Positions 1 to 9,433 are shown, numbered from the stretch's first letter. The stretch: 63,643 bases of DNA from an uncultured Clostridia bacterium (GCA_944359935.1 CALVTD010000002.1:1-63643); one strand, 5' to 3'. The notes: generated from the sequence alone by a model not told the origin. Translations and numbers: made by a program.

Positions 1-929
1 AAAACTTCGTTGATGCGCTTTGCACAGGTTTGAGCCTTAATAAGTGCAATAATCATATTTGCCACTGTAACCAGAGCAGTGGAAATTTGCGTCATATAGT
101 TTACAAAAGCAATAATTTCACCCTGAGTAAGCGAGCCAATATTTACTTGCAATCCGCCAAACCACATGATTGCGATAACCGAAAAGTTGATGATTGCTGT
201 GGTTATCGGGCTCAAAAGTGAGGAAACATTGGTTACTTTAATGCCCGCTTTTCTTAAATTTTTTGAAGCAATTGTGAAGCGGCGCTCTTCATCCGCCTGT
301 TTGTTGAATGCCCTAACAACTCTTACGCCTTGTAAATTTTCGCGAGTGATTTCCGAAACTTTATCCAAGTTTTTTTGGGCCTTATTATACAGCGGATCGG
401 CGATTTTAAGTGTGAAAAGCACAATTCCAACAATAATAGGTGTGATGGCTATGAAAATAAGCGACAGTTTAAGGTCAATCACAATCGAACTGATTATTGC
501 GCCGATAAGAATAAGCGGAGAGCGCATAATAAGACGCAAAAATTTGCCGATGGCTTGTTCAACTCTGGAAACGTCGTGGGTCATTCTGTTGTTGAGTGTG
601 GCAGTGCCAAATTTATCAAGTTCTTTGTGTGAAAATGTATTTATGTGCTCGTACATGCTTTTTCTAATGTCGTATGAAATTCCAGTGGCGGCAAGCGCTG
701 CATATTTTTGCGAAAAGATTGATGAAACTATGCTTACAATGTAAAGGCCAACGACTATGCAGCCGTATAATATGACAAAGTTTGCGTCGTGATTTGCAAC
801 GCCCACATCAATCATTTGCGCGACAAGAATAGGAATGATTATTTCCGAAACTGTTTCAAAAATTTTGAAAAGCGGCGAAATTATCATTTCTTTTTTGTAA
901 TTTTTAAAAAATCTAAAAAGTTTTTTCAT
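1..929 (-). CDS. ABC exporter of the fused membrane/ATPase type (MsbA/LmrA-like). Only the N-terminal transmembrane half is present; the 3' end lies beyond the window.
   Basis: Absent from the ORF track because there is no stop inside the window. Reverse-complement reading from the ATG at 927-929 gives MKKLFRFFKNYKKEMIISPLFKIFETVSEIIIPILVAQMIDVGV...YDIRKSMYEHINTFSHKELDKFGTATLNNRMTHDVSRVEQ...LQGVRVVRAFNKQADEERRF. This is the classic type-I ABC exporter membrane domain. Plus-strand track ORFs 30-221, 166-744 and 375-632 are its antisense shadows. Confidence 0.8.
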   Translation of the reverse strand, partial: MKKLFRFFKNYKKEMIISPLFKIFETVSEIIIPILVAQMIDVGVANHDANFVILYGCIVVGLYIVSIVSSIFSQKYAALAATGISYDIRKSMYEHINTFSHKELDKFGTATLNNRMTHDVSRVEQAIGKFLRLIMRSPLILIGAIISSIVIDLKLSLIFIAITPIIVGIVLFTLKIADPLYNKAQKNLDKVSEITRENLQGVRVVRAFNKQADEERRFTIASKNLRKAGIKVTNVSSLLSPITTAIINFSVIAIMWFGGLQVNIGSLTQGEIIAFVNYMTQISTALVTVANMIIALIKAQTCAKRINEV

Positions 930-975
930 GTGTTAGTAAAATTATAACAAATCGCCAATTTTTTATAAAACAATT

Positions 976-1003
976 TTGACAAAATTTTTGATTTTGGTAT
1001 AAT
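976..1003 (+). promoter_or_regulatory. Sigma-A type promoter for the 1034 gene
   Basis: TTGACA (976-981), a 16-nt spacer, then TGgTATAAT (hexamer 998-1003), about 30 nt upstream of the ATG at 1034. Confidence 0.55.
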
Positions 1004-1033
1004 TAAACGTAAAAAAATATTTTTTAAGATATA

Positions 1034-2359
1034 ATGATAAAAATGGAAAACACAAAAGCATCTAAAAGAAATAAAATTTTATACATACTTTTCAAAAGTT
1101 TCACCTACGATTTGTTGTTTTATTACACACTTGAAACAATGTTTTTAACATTGGTGAAAGGTTTTTCATTTTCACAGGTTTTTCTTATCACCTCGCTTGA
1201 TTTATTTTTTGTTGTGCTTTTAGCAATTCCTTTAAATTTTATATTTAAAAAAGTGTCCATATTAAACCGGCTAAGAATAGGCACACTGGCATTCATAGGC
1301 TATTTATTAGTGTTTTTATTAACTAACAACATCTATGTGCTTTGCTGTTTGGTTGTTTTAAAATCAATTGGAAATCTTGCTATTTCCGTTAACACCACAA
1401 GTTTGCTTGATGTGATTATAGGCAGCGATAAAGAAGACTCTTCTAAATTAGAGGGCAGAGCAACGGCAGTGTGGTGGGTTTTGGAGGCAGTCAGCGCGGT
1501 TGCCGCGGGCTATTTCTTTCAAATTAACCCTTACATATCTTACTATATTTGCATTGGTTTGCTTGGTTTGGCGTTTATAGTTACATTTTTCTTCAAAATA
1601 AGCAAAGAGGAAAACTATATCAAGCCGCCTGAAAAACAATTCAAAAGTGAAAAAGCGGCAAGTTTATTGTCAAAATATAAAAAATTAGTGATAGTTATTG
1701 TTGTTTTGGCGTTTGCTTTCTGGGGCGGTGCGGAAGTTTTTGGAAGCAGTGCTAAAACATTTATCCAAGACATCGGCACAAGTTCAATGGTGATAGGTTG
1801 GGTTTATTTTGGCATTAAAGTTTTCACAGCGGGCGCCAATGTGATTTCGCACCGCATTGAAAGCAAGTTAGGGTGGAAGTTTTTACCAGTTGTGATTGGC
1901 CTGTTTTTGGCAAGCGTTTTGCTTATGGGCCTCACTTATTTTGTGGATATATCTTTTTATGCAAAGTTAATTATATTGTCTTTGGTTATTTTTATGATGT
2001 ATGTAACTCGAAATCCATATCGGCTTAACATTAAAAGCACAATGACTTATTTTTTTGACGGCAGGGATTTGGAAAGGGTGTTTAGTTACTATTTTATTGC
2101 CGAAAATTTAGGGGGCGCAATATTTGCTTTGCTTGCGAGTTTGATAATCGATGAACTTAATCTTGGCTGGGCAATTTTAATCTGTTTCATTATAATTTTT
2201 GCTATTGTTGTGCCAGCGCTTGTGTTCTATGTAAAATATCTTAATCAAATGAATAGGGATAAAATAAAAGCCGAACAAAACAAAGCCCAGCAAAGCGAAT
2301 TTCCAACAGAGATAGACTTGCCAAAGGTTTTGGCTGATGAAGAGATAAAGGATGAATAA
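1034..2359 (+). CDS. Polytopic membrane transporter, MFS-like (family not recognised)
   Basis: 441-aa ORF with about 12 hydrophobic segments, a short basic loop after TM2 (KKVSILNRLRIG) and a charged C-terminal tail (KAEQNKAQQSEF...DEEIKDE). The topology resembles an MFS transporter. No diagnostic motif was read. Confidence 0.55.
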   Translation: MIKMENTKASKRNKILYILFKSFTYDLLFYYTLETMFLTLVKGFSFSQVFLITSLDLFFVVLLAIPLNFIFKKVSILNRLRIGTLAFIGYLLVFLLTNNIYVLCCLVVLKSIGNLAISVNTTSLLDVIIGSDKEDSSKLEGRATAVWWVLEAVSAVAAGYFFQINPYISYYICIGLLGLAFIVTFFFKISKEENYIKPPEKQFKSEKAASLLSKYKKLVIVIVVLAFAFWGGAEVFGSSAKTFIQDIGTSSMVIGWVYFGIKVFTAGANVISHRIESKLGWKFLPVVIGLFLASVLLMGLTYFVDISFYAKLIILSLVIFMMYVTRNPYRLNIKSTMTYFFDGRDLERVFSYYFIAENLGGAIFALLASLIIDELNLGWAILICFIIIFAIVVPALVFYVKYLNQMNRDKIKAEQNKAQQSEFPTEIDLPKVLADEEIKDE

Positions 2360-2413
2360 AAAACATCTGCCAATATAATTTTGATAAATTTTTGGATTTT
2401 GCTACAATTAAAC

Positions 2414-3019
2414 ATGCAAAAATATTCTCCAACTAGAATAATAAATATGGCTAAAATTTCAATAGCAACAAATTTTTTGCTGGCACTTGCAAAAATTGCG
2501 CTCAGCATTTATTTTTCAACTTTTTATTATTTCATGTATGCAATTTATAACATTGGCATAATCGTTTCAAAAGTTATTGCAATTAAACAGTATTCAAAGG
2601 ATGAAGTTAAAGAGCAGGAGAAAGAGGACTTATCAAAATTTCATATCATTGGCATAGTTGTGCTTTTGGCAAGTTTTGCATTTTTGGGATATGGTGTGTT
2701 TAGATATTTGCAACCAGAGCCAACCAACTATGGCACAATCGCGGGCGTAACAATCGCCACGATCACCGTGGTGGAACTTTATTTTGCAATAAGGGGGCTG
2801 ATTATCACTAGGCGCAATAAAGAGCCAATGTTGATAGCCATAAAACTTGTAAACTTGGTGTCGGCGATAACATCGGTTGCGCTTACACAAACCGCGCTGC
2901 TTTCATTCACGGCGGCAGAGTTTACCACGGCGGCAGGGATTGGCGCGATGGTCTTTGGCGCGCTTACGAGTGTGATTGGGTTTTATATGTTGTTTACAAA
3001 CAAGATATATAAGATGTAA
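2414..3019 (+). CDS. Small integral membrane protein, function unknown
   Basis: The track ORF is 2381-3019. The in-frame ATG at 2414 lies 5 nt after a TTGATA(2381-2386)-16-TACAAT(2403-2408) promoter, so I take 2414 as the start (leaderless geometry). 201 aa with 4-5 TM segments. Followed by a terminator. Confidence 0.6.
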   Translation: MQKYSPTRIINMAKISIATNFLLALAKIALSIYFSTFYYFMYAIYNIGIIVSKVIAIKQYSKDEVKEQEKEDLSKFHIIGIVVLLASFAFLGYGVFRYLQPEPTNYGTIAGVTIATITVVELYFAIRGLIITRRNKEPMLIAIKLVNLVSAITSVALTQTALLSFTAAEFTTAAGIGAMVFGALTSVIGFYMLFTNKIYKM

Positions 3020-3020
3020 A

Positions 3021-3047
3021 AACAACTCATCTGCGAGTTGTTTTTTT
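3021..3047 (+). terminator. Rho-independent terminator
   Basis: Stem AACAACTC / GAGTTGTT with a 6-nt loop, followed by a T7 run, immediately after the stop at 3019. Confidence 0.8.
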
Positions 3048-3111
3048 GTGGCTTGTGCTTGTTGAGGTTACTGCTTTTCTTGCAGTCACTATTTTCACAA
3101 GGTTAAAAATT

Positions 3112-3297
3112 TTGTAGCAAATTTTGTTGGTGGAAGGGCTTTGCCCGGCCAACACAAATTTGTGAACTCAATGCTACCGCCAGCCGAGTCCAGAGGCGAG
3201 GCAAGCGAGGCGGAAGGGGGCACACGGGTGAAAACAAAAAATCGCGGTTAGGCATAGCCGTGTCCGCGCACAATTTTTTGGTTGCCTCCCGTGATTA
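3112..3297 (-). repeat. Copy A of a structured repeat of about 185 nt (partner at 11708-11893, opposite orientation)
   Basis: The reverse complement aligns by eye with 11708-11893. It includes an identical 22-mer CTAACCGCGATTTTTTGTTTTC (3230-3251 against 11752-11773). Blocks TTCCGCCTCGCT and CTCGCCTCTGGACTCG are also shared, and both copies end in a long AT-rich-stem hairpin (3118-3162 here). The copy abuts the 3' end of tRNA-Leu. Confidence 0.75.
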
Positions 3298-3300
3298 TTC

Positions 3301-3383
<83 letters not shown>

Positions 3384-3412
3384 ATGATTGAGGGTGTTTA
3401 ATTGATTAAATT

Positions 3413-3547
3413 TGTTTCCAGTGGCCACTGGAACAAAAGGCAAAGGCATTTGCCTTGCGCGGCGAAGCCGCTAAAATCCAGCGGCGTCTGCACTAGGAAG
3501 CGAAGCGAACGCATCGAGCGTAAGCGAGATTGACGCCATGGCCGCAT
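3413..3547 (-). pseudogene. Decayed tRNA-Leu copy: 5' half with an insert of about 43 nt in the D-arm and no T-arm or acceptor 3' strand
   Basis: In tRNA orientation it reads ATGCGGCCATGGCG + TCAATCTCGCTTACGCTCGATGCGTTCGCTTCGCTTCCTAGT + GCAGACGCCGCTGGATTTTAGC. It then continues to TTCCAGTGG, which turns back on itself as the perfect 18-bp palindrome TTCCAGTGGCCACTGGAA (about 3414-3431). The first 14 nt are identical to the start of the true tRNA, including the 2 nt upstream of it. Confidence 0.65.
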
Positions 3548-3585
3548 AAATAAATTGCCGCATTAGTTTATTGCACGCCGACATT

Positions 3586-3663
3586 GCTAAAATCCAGTGC
3601 GTCTGCACTAGGGAGCGTGAGCGGACGCATCGAGCGCAAGCGAGATTGACGCCATGGCCGCAT
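3586..3663 (-). pseudogene. Second decayed tRNA-Leu 5'-half copy with the same D-arm insert
   Basis: It reads ATGCGGCCATGGCG + TCAATCTCGCTTGCGCTCGATGCGTCCGCTCACGCTCCCTAGT + GCAGACGCACTGGATTTTAGC. The offset from the previous unit is 116 nt. Confidence 0.65.
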
Positions 3664-3689
3664 GTCTATGCCCAATTATTATAGCATAA

Positions 3690-3730
3690 TAAAAAACAAT
3701 TTACAACTTATGATTGCAAATTGTTTGTTT
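3690..3730 (-). terminator. Terminator downstream of the ABC-F gene
   Basis: Arms AACAATTTACA (3695-3705) and TGCAAATTGTT (3715-3725) pair with one mismatch. They are flanked by an A-run and a T-run, so the hairpin is usable on the minus strand. Confidence 0.55.
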
Positions 3731-3775
3731 TATTAATTTATCTACTCATTTCACTAGCGCTTATTTCATGATGAT

Positions 3776-5287
3776 TTAAAATGTTTTTTTTATAGTTTCG
3801 TTTTCAAAAGAAAGTTCACTGGTAGCGATTCCTTCTAAAAAATCATGATCATGGCTAACAATTAATAAGCTGCCAGCAAAATTTTCTAAAACTTGTTTTA
3901 AATATTTTTTATTTGAAATATCTAGATGGTTTGTAGGTTCGTCTAGAATTAACATGTTTGAATCGCTTAAAATTAGTTCACTAAGCTTAATTCTCATTTG
4001 TTCGCCTAAACTAAGATTTTTAATTTTTGTATTAAACCTAGTTTTGTCGATATTCATATTGACTAAATTTGTAATAAATAAAGTTCTAAATTCTTTATCT
4101 TGCATGGTAGAGAGTTCAAAAATAGTCTTATCTTGTGGAAGGTCGTAGACATCCTGGCTCATTAAGCCAATTTTTAAACTTGGGGTCTTCTTCAAAAAGC
4201 CTGAAGTAGGGGGCTCCGTTCCCAAAATAATATTTATTAATGTTGTTTTTCCACATCCGTTTCGGCCAATCAAAGCCACTTTTTCTCCGCTTTCAATTAT
4301 AAAATTAGCGTCTTTAAAAAGCAAGTGGTCTCCGTATGATTTTGAAAGATCTTGTGCGACTATAGCGATTTTTGATCTAATATCCTCTTTTGATAATTTG
4401 TATCTAATAATAGGTTGTTTTTCAGGTTCTGCAACTCTTTCGTTTAATTCTTTTTCAAGAGAGCTAATTTTATTTTTTGCGGCACTACTTATTTTTCTGG
4501 CCCCAGCTTCTGCGTTGCTTTTAAGCGATGCCAACCTGCTATCTGAAGGGCTTCCACCTTGTTTACTAATATTTTTATCAGCCTTGTTTGCCCATCTTTT
4601 AAGTTTATCTATTTCGTTTTCAATTTTTGCGATTTTTTTGTTTTGTGCCAAATATTCGCGTTGTTGAGTAATTATTAAATTATTTATTTGGTCCTCATAA
4701 TCATCATAGTTGCCGTAAAATTCTTGTGTGTCCCCATCTTTTATTCTAATAATTTTATTTACTGTTTTATTGAGTAGGTAGGTATCGTGTGAGACAATAA
4801 TTACAGTTCCATAAAATGAATTGATTTGATCTATAAGAACTTCCTTTGCTTCCATGTCTAAATGATTTGTGGGCTCGTCTAATATAAGTGCAGTTGGATT
4901 TTGAGCGAAAGCATATGCCAAAGCGATTTTAGTTTTTTCTCCACAACTTAAATTTTTTAAAACATTTGGTTCTATTGAAAAATTTTTCATACCCATCTTT
5001 TTTAAGTGCATGAAAAAGGATTTTGAAAAGTCTGGATTTTCAATTTGTGATAAGATGTCTTCAATTTTAAATTCTGAGGCTTGTTTTAAATATCCAATAT
5101 TTTCATTAATTTGAACTATACCTTGATCTACATCCGTTTCGCCCATAATAATTTTTAATAAAGTTGTTTTACCTTGACCATTATCGCCGATGATTCCTAT
5201 TTTCTCACCATCGTATATGGTCAATGATAAATTATTAAATATTATTTTGTCACCATATGATTTTTGTACATTTGTTAAAGAAATCAC
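3776..5287 (-). CDS. ABC-F family ATPase: two ABC cassettes joined by a charged linker and no membrane domain. Size and linker resemble ARE-type ribosome-protection proteins (Vga/Msr/Lsa-like).
   Basis: 503 aa. Walker A motifs are GDNGQGKTTL and GRNGCGKTTL. Signature motifs are LSCGEKTKIALA and LSLGEQMRIKLS. Walker B motifs are LILDEPTNHLD (twice). The linker of about 90 aa reads QQREYLAQNKKIAKIENEIDKLKRWANKADKNI...KELNERVAEPEKQ. GTG start preceded by AAGGAGG. The gene is clearly more AT-rich than its neighbour cysS. Confidence 0.85.
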   Translation of the reverse strand: MISLTNVQKSYGDKIIFNNLSLTIYDGEKIGIIGDNGQGKTTLLKIIMGETDVDQGIVQINENIGYLKQASEFKIEDILSQIENPDFSKSFFMHLKKMGMKNFSIEPNVLKNLSCGEKTKIALAYAFAQNPTALILDEPTNHLDMEAKEVLIDQINSFYGTVIIVSHDTYLLNKTVNKIIRIKDGDTQEFYGNYDDYEDQINNLIITQQREYLAQNKKIAKIENEIDKLKRWANKADKNISKQGGSPSDSRLASLKSNAEAGARKISSAAKNKISSLEKELNERVAEPEKQPIIRYKLSKEDIRSKIAIVAQDLSKSYGDHLLFKDANFIIESGEKVALIGRNGCGKTTLINIILGTEPPTSGFLKKTPSLKIGLMSQDVYDLPQDKTIFELSTMQDKEFRTLFITNLVNMNIDKTRFNTKIKNLSLGEQMRIKLSELILSDSNMLILDEPTNHLDISNKKYLKQVLENFAGSLLIVSHDHDFLEGIATSELSFENETIKKTF

Positions 5288-5331
5288 AATTAGCCTCCTT
5301 AATAGATGTAATTACTATGGCTTAAAATTTA

Positions 5332-5360
5332 TTTTATAAAATCTCTCCAAATGGAGAGAT
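5332..5360 (-). terminator. Terminator downstream of cysS
   Basis: Hairpin ATCTCTCC-AAAT-GGAGAGAT (5341-5360) 2 nt after the cysS stop, followed on the minus strand by TTTATAAAAT. Confidence 0.6.
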
Positions 5361-5362
5361 TT

Positions 5363-6721
5363 TTAATTCTTTACAATTTCATATCCGTCTTTGGTGTCTT
5401 TGACGCTGAAACCTAACTGTGAAATTTTGTTTCTAAGTTCGTCAGCTGTGGCAAAGTCACGATTTTGTTTTGCCTGCCAGCGTTGTTTTGCAAGTTCTTG
5501 CACTTCGGTTGGAATTATGTCGCCTTCAAAATCAAAGCCAAAAATTTGGTTGAATTTTATAATTGTGTCATAAATTTTTCTATCCCTTGGCATCTTTAAA
5601 AGCGTCCAAACTATGCCAAGTGCTTTTGGAAGATTGAGGTCGTCATTGATTGCTTCTAAGAAATCTTTTTCCGCTTTGTCAATTTTAACTTTTGTGTTGT
5701 CGGTGCTTTCTTTATGCTCTTTTAATATGTTTTTCATGCTTTTTAAAGCATTTTTAGCACTTTCTAAGCCTTCCCAAGTGAAATTTTGCTGTTTTGCATA
5801 GTGAGTGGTGAAGAAGAAATAGCGGTAATCTTCTGGTGAAAATCCTTTTGCGACAAGGTCGTCAAGTTTGTAAACATTGCCAAGGCTTTTGCTCATTTTG
5901 CCGCCGTTTACCAAAAGATGTTCTAAGTGCATCCAGTTGCTTACAACCTGGTGGCCTGCATATGCGTCATCTTGTGCAATTTCGTTTTCGTGGTGAACAG
6001 GCCTATGTTCAACGCCGCCAGTGTGGATGTCAATATATTCGCCGAGGTATTTAATGCCGATGGTGCTGCACTCTATGTGCCAACCTGGGTAACCTTTGCC
6101 CCAAGGGCTATCCCACTGCATGATATGCTGCTTTGGCGCCTTAATCCAAAGTGCGAAATCGGCAGGGTGGCGCTTTTCTTCATCGATGTCAATTCTTGCG
6201 CCGGCAAGTTTGTTTTCAATTCCAACTCCGCCAAGTTTGCCATAGCCAGGGAAGGTGGCAATGTCGAAATAAATGCCTTTGCTTGTTTCGTATGCAAAGC
6301 CTTTTTCAAGCAGGGTTTTAACAAACACAATAATTTCAGGTATAACGCTGGTTGCAGGGCAGATGTGCTCTGGCATATCGATGTTGAGGCGTTTTGTTTC
6401 GTTCATGAAGATGTCGGTGTAATATTTCGCAACCTCCCAAGGTGATTTGTGTTCACGCTTGGATGCCACAAGCATTTTGTCCTCGCCCTCATCTTCATCA
6501 CTTGTCATGTGGCCAACGTCTGTGATGTTCATCACTCCGTCAATTTTGTAGCCGTTGTATTTTAAAGTGCGCCTGAGTGCGTCCATAAACAGATACGCCC
6601 TCATGTTGCCGATGTGCGGATATGAGTAAACAGTTGGTCCGCAAGAATACATTCTCACCAAGCCATCTTCGTGAGGAACAAGTTCTTGCTTTTGCCTTGT
6701 TAAAGAGTTATATATTTTCAT
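5363..6721 (-). CDS. cysS: Cysteinyl-tRNA synthetase
   Basis: 452 aa. N-terminus [16 protein letters not shown]...[17 protein letters not shown] contains the HIGH motif as [12 protein letters not shown] is the KMSKS motif. Class-I CysRS length. Confidence 0.95.
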   Translation of the reverse strand: MKIYNSLTRQKQELVPHEDGLVRMYSCGPTVYSYPHIGNMRAYLFMDALRRTLKYNGYKIDGVMNITDVGHMTSDEDEGEDKMLVASKREHKSPWEVAKYYTDIFMNETKRLNIDMPEHICPATSVIPEIIVFVKTLLEKGFAYETSKGIYFDIATFPGYGKLGGVGIENKLAGARIDIDEEKRHPADFALWIKAPKQHIMQWDSPWGKGYPGWHIECSTIGIKYLGEYIDIHTGGVEHRPVHHENEIAQDDAYAGHQVVSNWMHLEHLLVNGGKMSKSLGNVYKLDDLVAKGFSPEDYRYFFFTTHYAKQQNFTWEGLESAKNALKSMKNILKEHKESTDNTKVKIDKAEKDFLEAINDDLNLPKALGIVWTLLKMPRDRKIYDTIIKFNQIFGFDFEGDIIPTEVQELAKQRWQAKQNRDFATADELRNKISQLGFSVKDTKDGYEIVKN

Positions 6722-6722
6722 G

Positions 6723-7106
6723 TTAAATCCTTTTATTAAGATAATTATTTAATATGTCAAGCGAGCGCTCAGTGTCAATGTCCATCATGCCAAAACACTC
6801 TTCAAGAGAGGCAAGATAATCTTCCAGCACTCTTCTGCCTTCTTCGGTTAATTTTAAATAGCGACAGCGCCTGTCAATTTCGGCATGCTTAATTTCCAGC
6901 AGCCCTTCTTTTTCAAGTTCTGCCGAAAGCAGAGCAAAGTTAGACTTTTTAATGCCCAGTTTTTCGATAATCATGCTTACAGATAAATTTTCATATTGGT
7001 CAGCAAACGAAAGGACTTTATATTTTAACAATCCACCAGTCGCTTTCTTTTTCAACATGTTTTCAATCAAGGTTTCAATTTCAATAAATTTTTGTGCTGT
7101 TTTCAT
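6723..7106 (-). CDS. MarR-family winged-helix transcriptional regulator
   Basis: 127 aa. The helix-turn-helix and wing segment reads SVSMIIEKLGIKKSNFALLSAELEKEGLLEIKHAEIDRRCRYLKLTEEGRRV. Its stop is 1 nt from the cysS ATG, which implies co-transcription. Confidence 0.7.
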   Translation of the reverse strand: MKTAQKFIEIETLIENMLKKKATGGLLKYKVLSFADQYENLSVSMIIEKLGIKKSNFALLSAELEKEGLLEIKHAEIDRRCRYLKLTEEGRRVLEDYLASLEECFGMMDIDTERSLDILNNYLNKRI

Positions 7107-7156
7107 AACTAAAAGTTATTATAAACCTTTTTTTTGTGAGAGGCAAGTCTTTTCGC

Positions 7157-7185
7157 TTGTTTTTCTTTTTGCTTGGTGATAAAAT
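7157..7185 (+). promoter_or_regulatory. Promoter for recD2 with leaderless geometry
   Basis: TTGTTT (7157-7162), a 17-nt spacer, then TGaTAAAAT (hexamer 7180-7185). The ATG at 7192 follows after only 6 nt and has no Shine-Dalgarno. Confidence 0.45.
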
Positions 7186-7191
7186 TTAAAT

Positions 7192-9429
7192 ATGAACATT
7201 CAGGGCCCGCTTGAAGAGATTATTTTTAGAAATGAAGACAACGGTTACACCGTTGGCATTTTGTCATATAATGACACGCCTGTAACCATTGTTGGTAAAC
7301 TGATTAGCGCAAATGTGGGCGAAAATTTAAGTTTGGAAGGCGAATATGTCAACAACAAAAAGTTTGGCTATCAATTTGCTTTTTCGTCATATGAGGTGGT
7401 TTTGCCTAAAACCCTTGGCGGCATTGAAAAGTTTTTGGCGTCGGGGCTGATTAAAGGTGTGGGGCCGGTTACGGCAAAAAACATCGTAAAAACTTTTAAA
7501 CAGGATACTTTCACTGTGATTGAAATGGCGCCCGAAAAACTTAGCGAGGTTAAGGGCATAAGCAAAAGCAAGGCGTTTGAAATTTCAAGTAAATTTGGCG
7601 AACTTAAAAGCATTCAAAATGCGGTTATGTTTTTGCAGCAGTATAATATCACTGTCAACATGGCGCTTAAAATTTTTGAGGCGTATGGCGCAAAAACCAT
7701 AGATGTTGTTAAGAGAAACCCATACAAACTTGTGGAAGATGTGGACGGCATCGGTTTTTTAACCGCCGACAAGATTGCAAAAAACTTGGGCATTCCGTCT
7801 AGCAGCGAGTTTAGAATTAGGGCTGGCTTTGTGCATGTTTTAAACAATGCAACCGAAAAAAATGGCAACACATTTCTTCCAAAAGGCATGCTGTTTACGC
7901 AGACCGCACAAATTTTGGAACTGGACGAACTTGAACACGAAGAGGCGTTCGCCGCGGCACTTGACGGGCTGACGGCCGACAAAAGTTGCATGGATTTTTG
8001 GCATAACGGCAGCGAAATTGTCATGCTTACAAAATATTACCGCTATGAATACACGATTGCGCAAAAGTTGTGCTTGCTAAACAACTCTGTGCAAGAAAAG
8101 AAAATAGACATCTCGCGCGAGGTGGAGGATTTTGAAATTCGCAACAAAATGCAATTTCATGAGGAGCAAAAAAAGGCGATTGAGCAGGCGGTTAACTATG
8201 GCGTTTCGGTTATCACGGGCGGGCCTGGAACAGGCAAAACAACCATTGTTAAATGCATAATTGAAATTTTGAAGCAAAATGGTGAAGAGGTGCTTTTGCT
8301 TGCGCCAACTGGAAGGGCGGCGAAACGGCTTGCCGACAGCACTGGAGCGGAGGCAAAAACCATACACAGAGCGCTGGAAGTTAACGGCGAGTTTGCCTCG
8401 GGTGCCAGCAGGTTTGTGCACAATGAAAACAACACCTTGAAAGTAAACGCGGTGATTGTGGACGAAGTGAGCATGGTGGATGTTATGCTTATGTGCAGCC
8501 TGCTTAAAGCGATGCCTCGCGATGCAAGGCTTATTCTTGTTGGCGATAAAGACCAACTTCCAAGCGTTGGTGCGGGCAATGTGCTGGGCGACATTTTGAA
8601 AAGCAAGATTTTTCCAGTAACCATGCTGACAAAAATTTATAGGCAAAGCGACCAAAGTTTGATTATCTCCAACGCGCACTTAATAAATAGCGGCAGCATG
8701 CCGATTATAGACAACAAATCTGCCGACTTTTTCTTTGAGCAGAAAGAGGATTTAAACGACATCCACAAGTCAATCATTGACATGGTGACTTCGCGAATTC
8801 CTTCCTTCACTGGCCTTGACCCAATGCAAATTCAAGTGCTTGCGCCGCTTAAAGCGGGGGTATGCGGCATTGACAATTTAAACAGAACCTTGCAGCAAAT
8901 TCTAAACCCACCTGCGCAAAGGAAAATGGAGGTTGTGGTGGGTTCAACTGTGTTTAGAGAGGGCGACAAGGTTATGCAAACCTCCAACGACTATAACCTT
9001 ATCTGGCACAAGCGAAACGGCTTTGTGGAAGAAGAGGGCGAGGGCGTTTTTAACGGAGATATTGGGCAGATTGAGGGCATAGATTTTCAAACTGGCGAAA
9101 CCACTGTGATGTTTGAAGATGGCAGGCGCTGCACCTATTCGCGTGCGGATGTGGGCGAACTTTCGCTTGCATATGCCATCACAATTCACAAGTCGCAGGG
9201 TTCTGAGTTTGATGTTGTGGTTATTCCAGTCATTGCTGGCACAAGTTTAATTTTAACGCGAAATTTAATTTACACCGCAGTAACTCGTGCAAAAAAAATG
9301 GTTGTGCTGGTGGGCGAAAAGAAAAACCTTAAACGAATGGTTTCCAATGCCTACACGGTTAAAAGATTTACTCTTCTTACAGATTTGCTTATCAATCAGC
9401 AAAAAACCATAAGCGAACTTTTTAACTAA
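7192..9429 (+). CDS. recD2: RecD2-type SF1B DNA helicase (RecD-like, ATP-dependent)
   Basis: 745 aa. N-terminus MNIQGPLEEIIFRNEDNGYTVGIL is the RecD2 N-terminal domain. HhH region is GIEKFLASGLIKGVGPVTA. Walker A is GGPGTGKTT. Also read: VDEVSMVD, LVGDKDQLPSVGAGNV and ITIHKSQGSEFDVVV. Confidence 0.9.
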   Translation: MNIQGPLEEIIFRNEDNGYTVGILSYNDTPVTIVGKLISANVGENLSLEGEYVNNKKFGYQFAFSSYEVVLPKTLGGIEKFLASGLIKGVGPVTAKNIVKTFKQDTFTVIEMAPEKLSEVKGISKSKAFEISSKFGELKSIQNAVMFLQQYNITVNMALKIFEAYGAKTIDVVKRNPYKLVEDVDGIGFLTADKIAKNLGIPSSSEFRIRAGFVHVLNNATEKNGNTFLPKGMLFTQTAQILELDELEHEEAFAAALDGLTADKSCMDFWHNGSEIVMLTKYYRYEYTIAQKLCLLNNSVQEKKIDISREVEDFEIRNKMQFHEEQKKAIEQAVNYGVSVITGGPGTGKTTIVKCIIEILKQNGEEVLLLAPTGRAAKRLADSTGAEAKTIHRALEVNGEFASGASRFVHNENNTLKVNAVIVDEVSMVDVMLMCSLLKAMPRDARLILVGDKDQLPSVGAGNVLGDILKSKIFPVTMLTKIYRQSDQSLIISNAHLINSGSMPIIDNKSADFFFEQKEDLNDIHKSIIDMVTSRIPSFTGLDPMQIQVLAPLKAGVCGIDNLNRTLQQILNPPAQRKMEVVVGSTVFREGDKVMQTSNDYNLIWHKRNGFVEEEGEGVFNGDIGQIEGIDFQTGETTVMFEDGRRCTYSRADVGELSLAYAITIHKSQGSEFDVVVIPVIAGTSLILTRNLIYTAVTRAKKMVVLVGEKKNLKRMVSNAYTVKRFTLLTDLLINQQKTISELFN

Positions 9430-9433
9430 AAAA

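Noticed and set aside
3413-3663. Possible CRISPR array, suggested by repeated units with 116-nt spacing.
   Set aside because: There are only two units plus the tRNA. The repeats are about 76 nt long and tRNA-derived. There is no short direct-repeat and spacer periodicity and no cas gene in the window.
7107-7191. T-box or another riboswitch leader for the marR-cysS operon.
   Set aside because: The region is only 85 nt, AT-rich and mostly occupied by divergent promoter elements. No specifier or antiterminator-like helices are visible.
7192-9429. The RecD-like helicase as a defence or mobile-element helicase.
   Set aside because: It has the full RecD2 architecture, including the characteristic N-terminal domain and HhH region. 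It sits in a housekeeping context with no nuclease or methylase partner.
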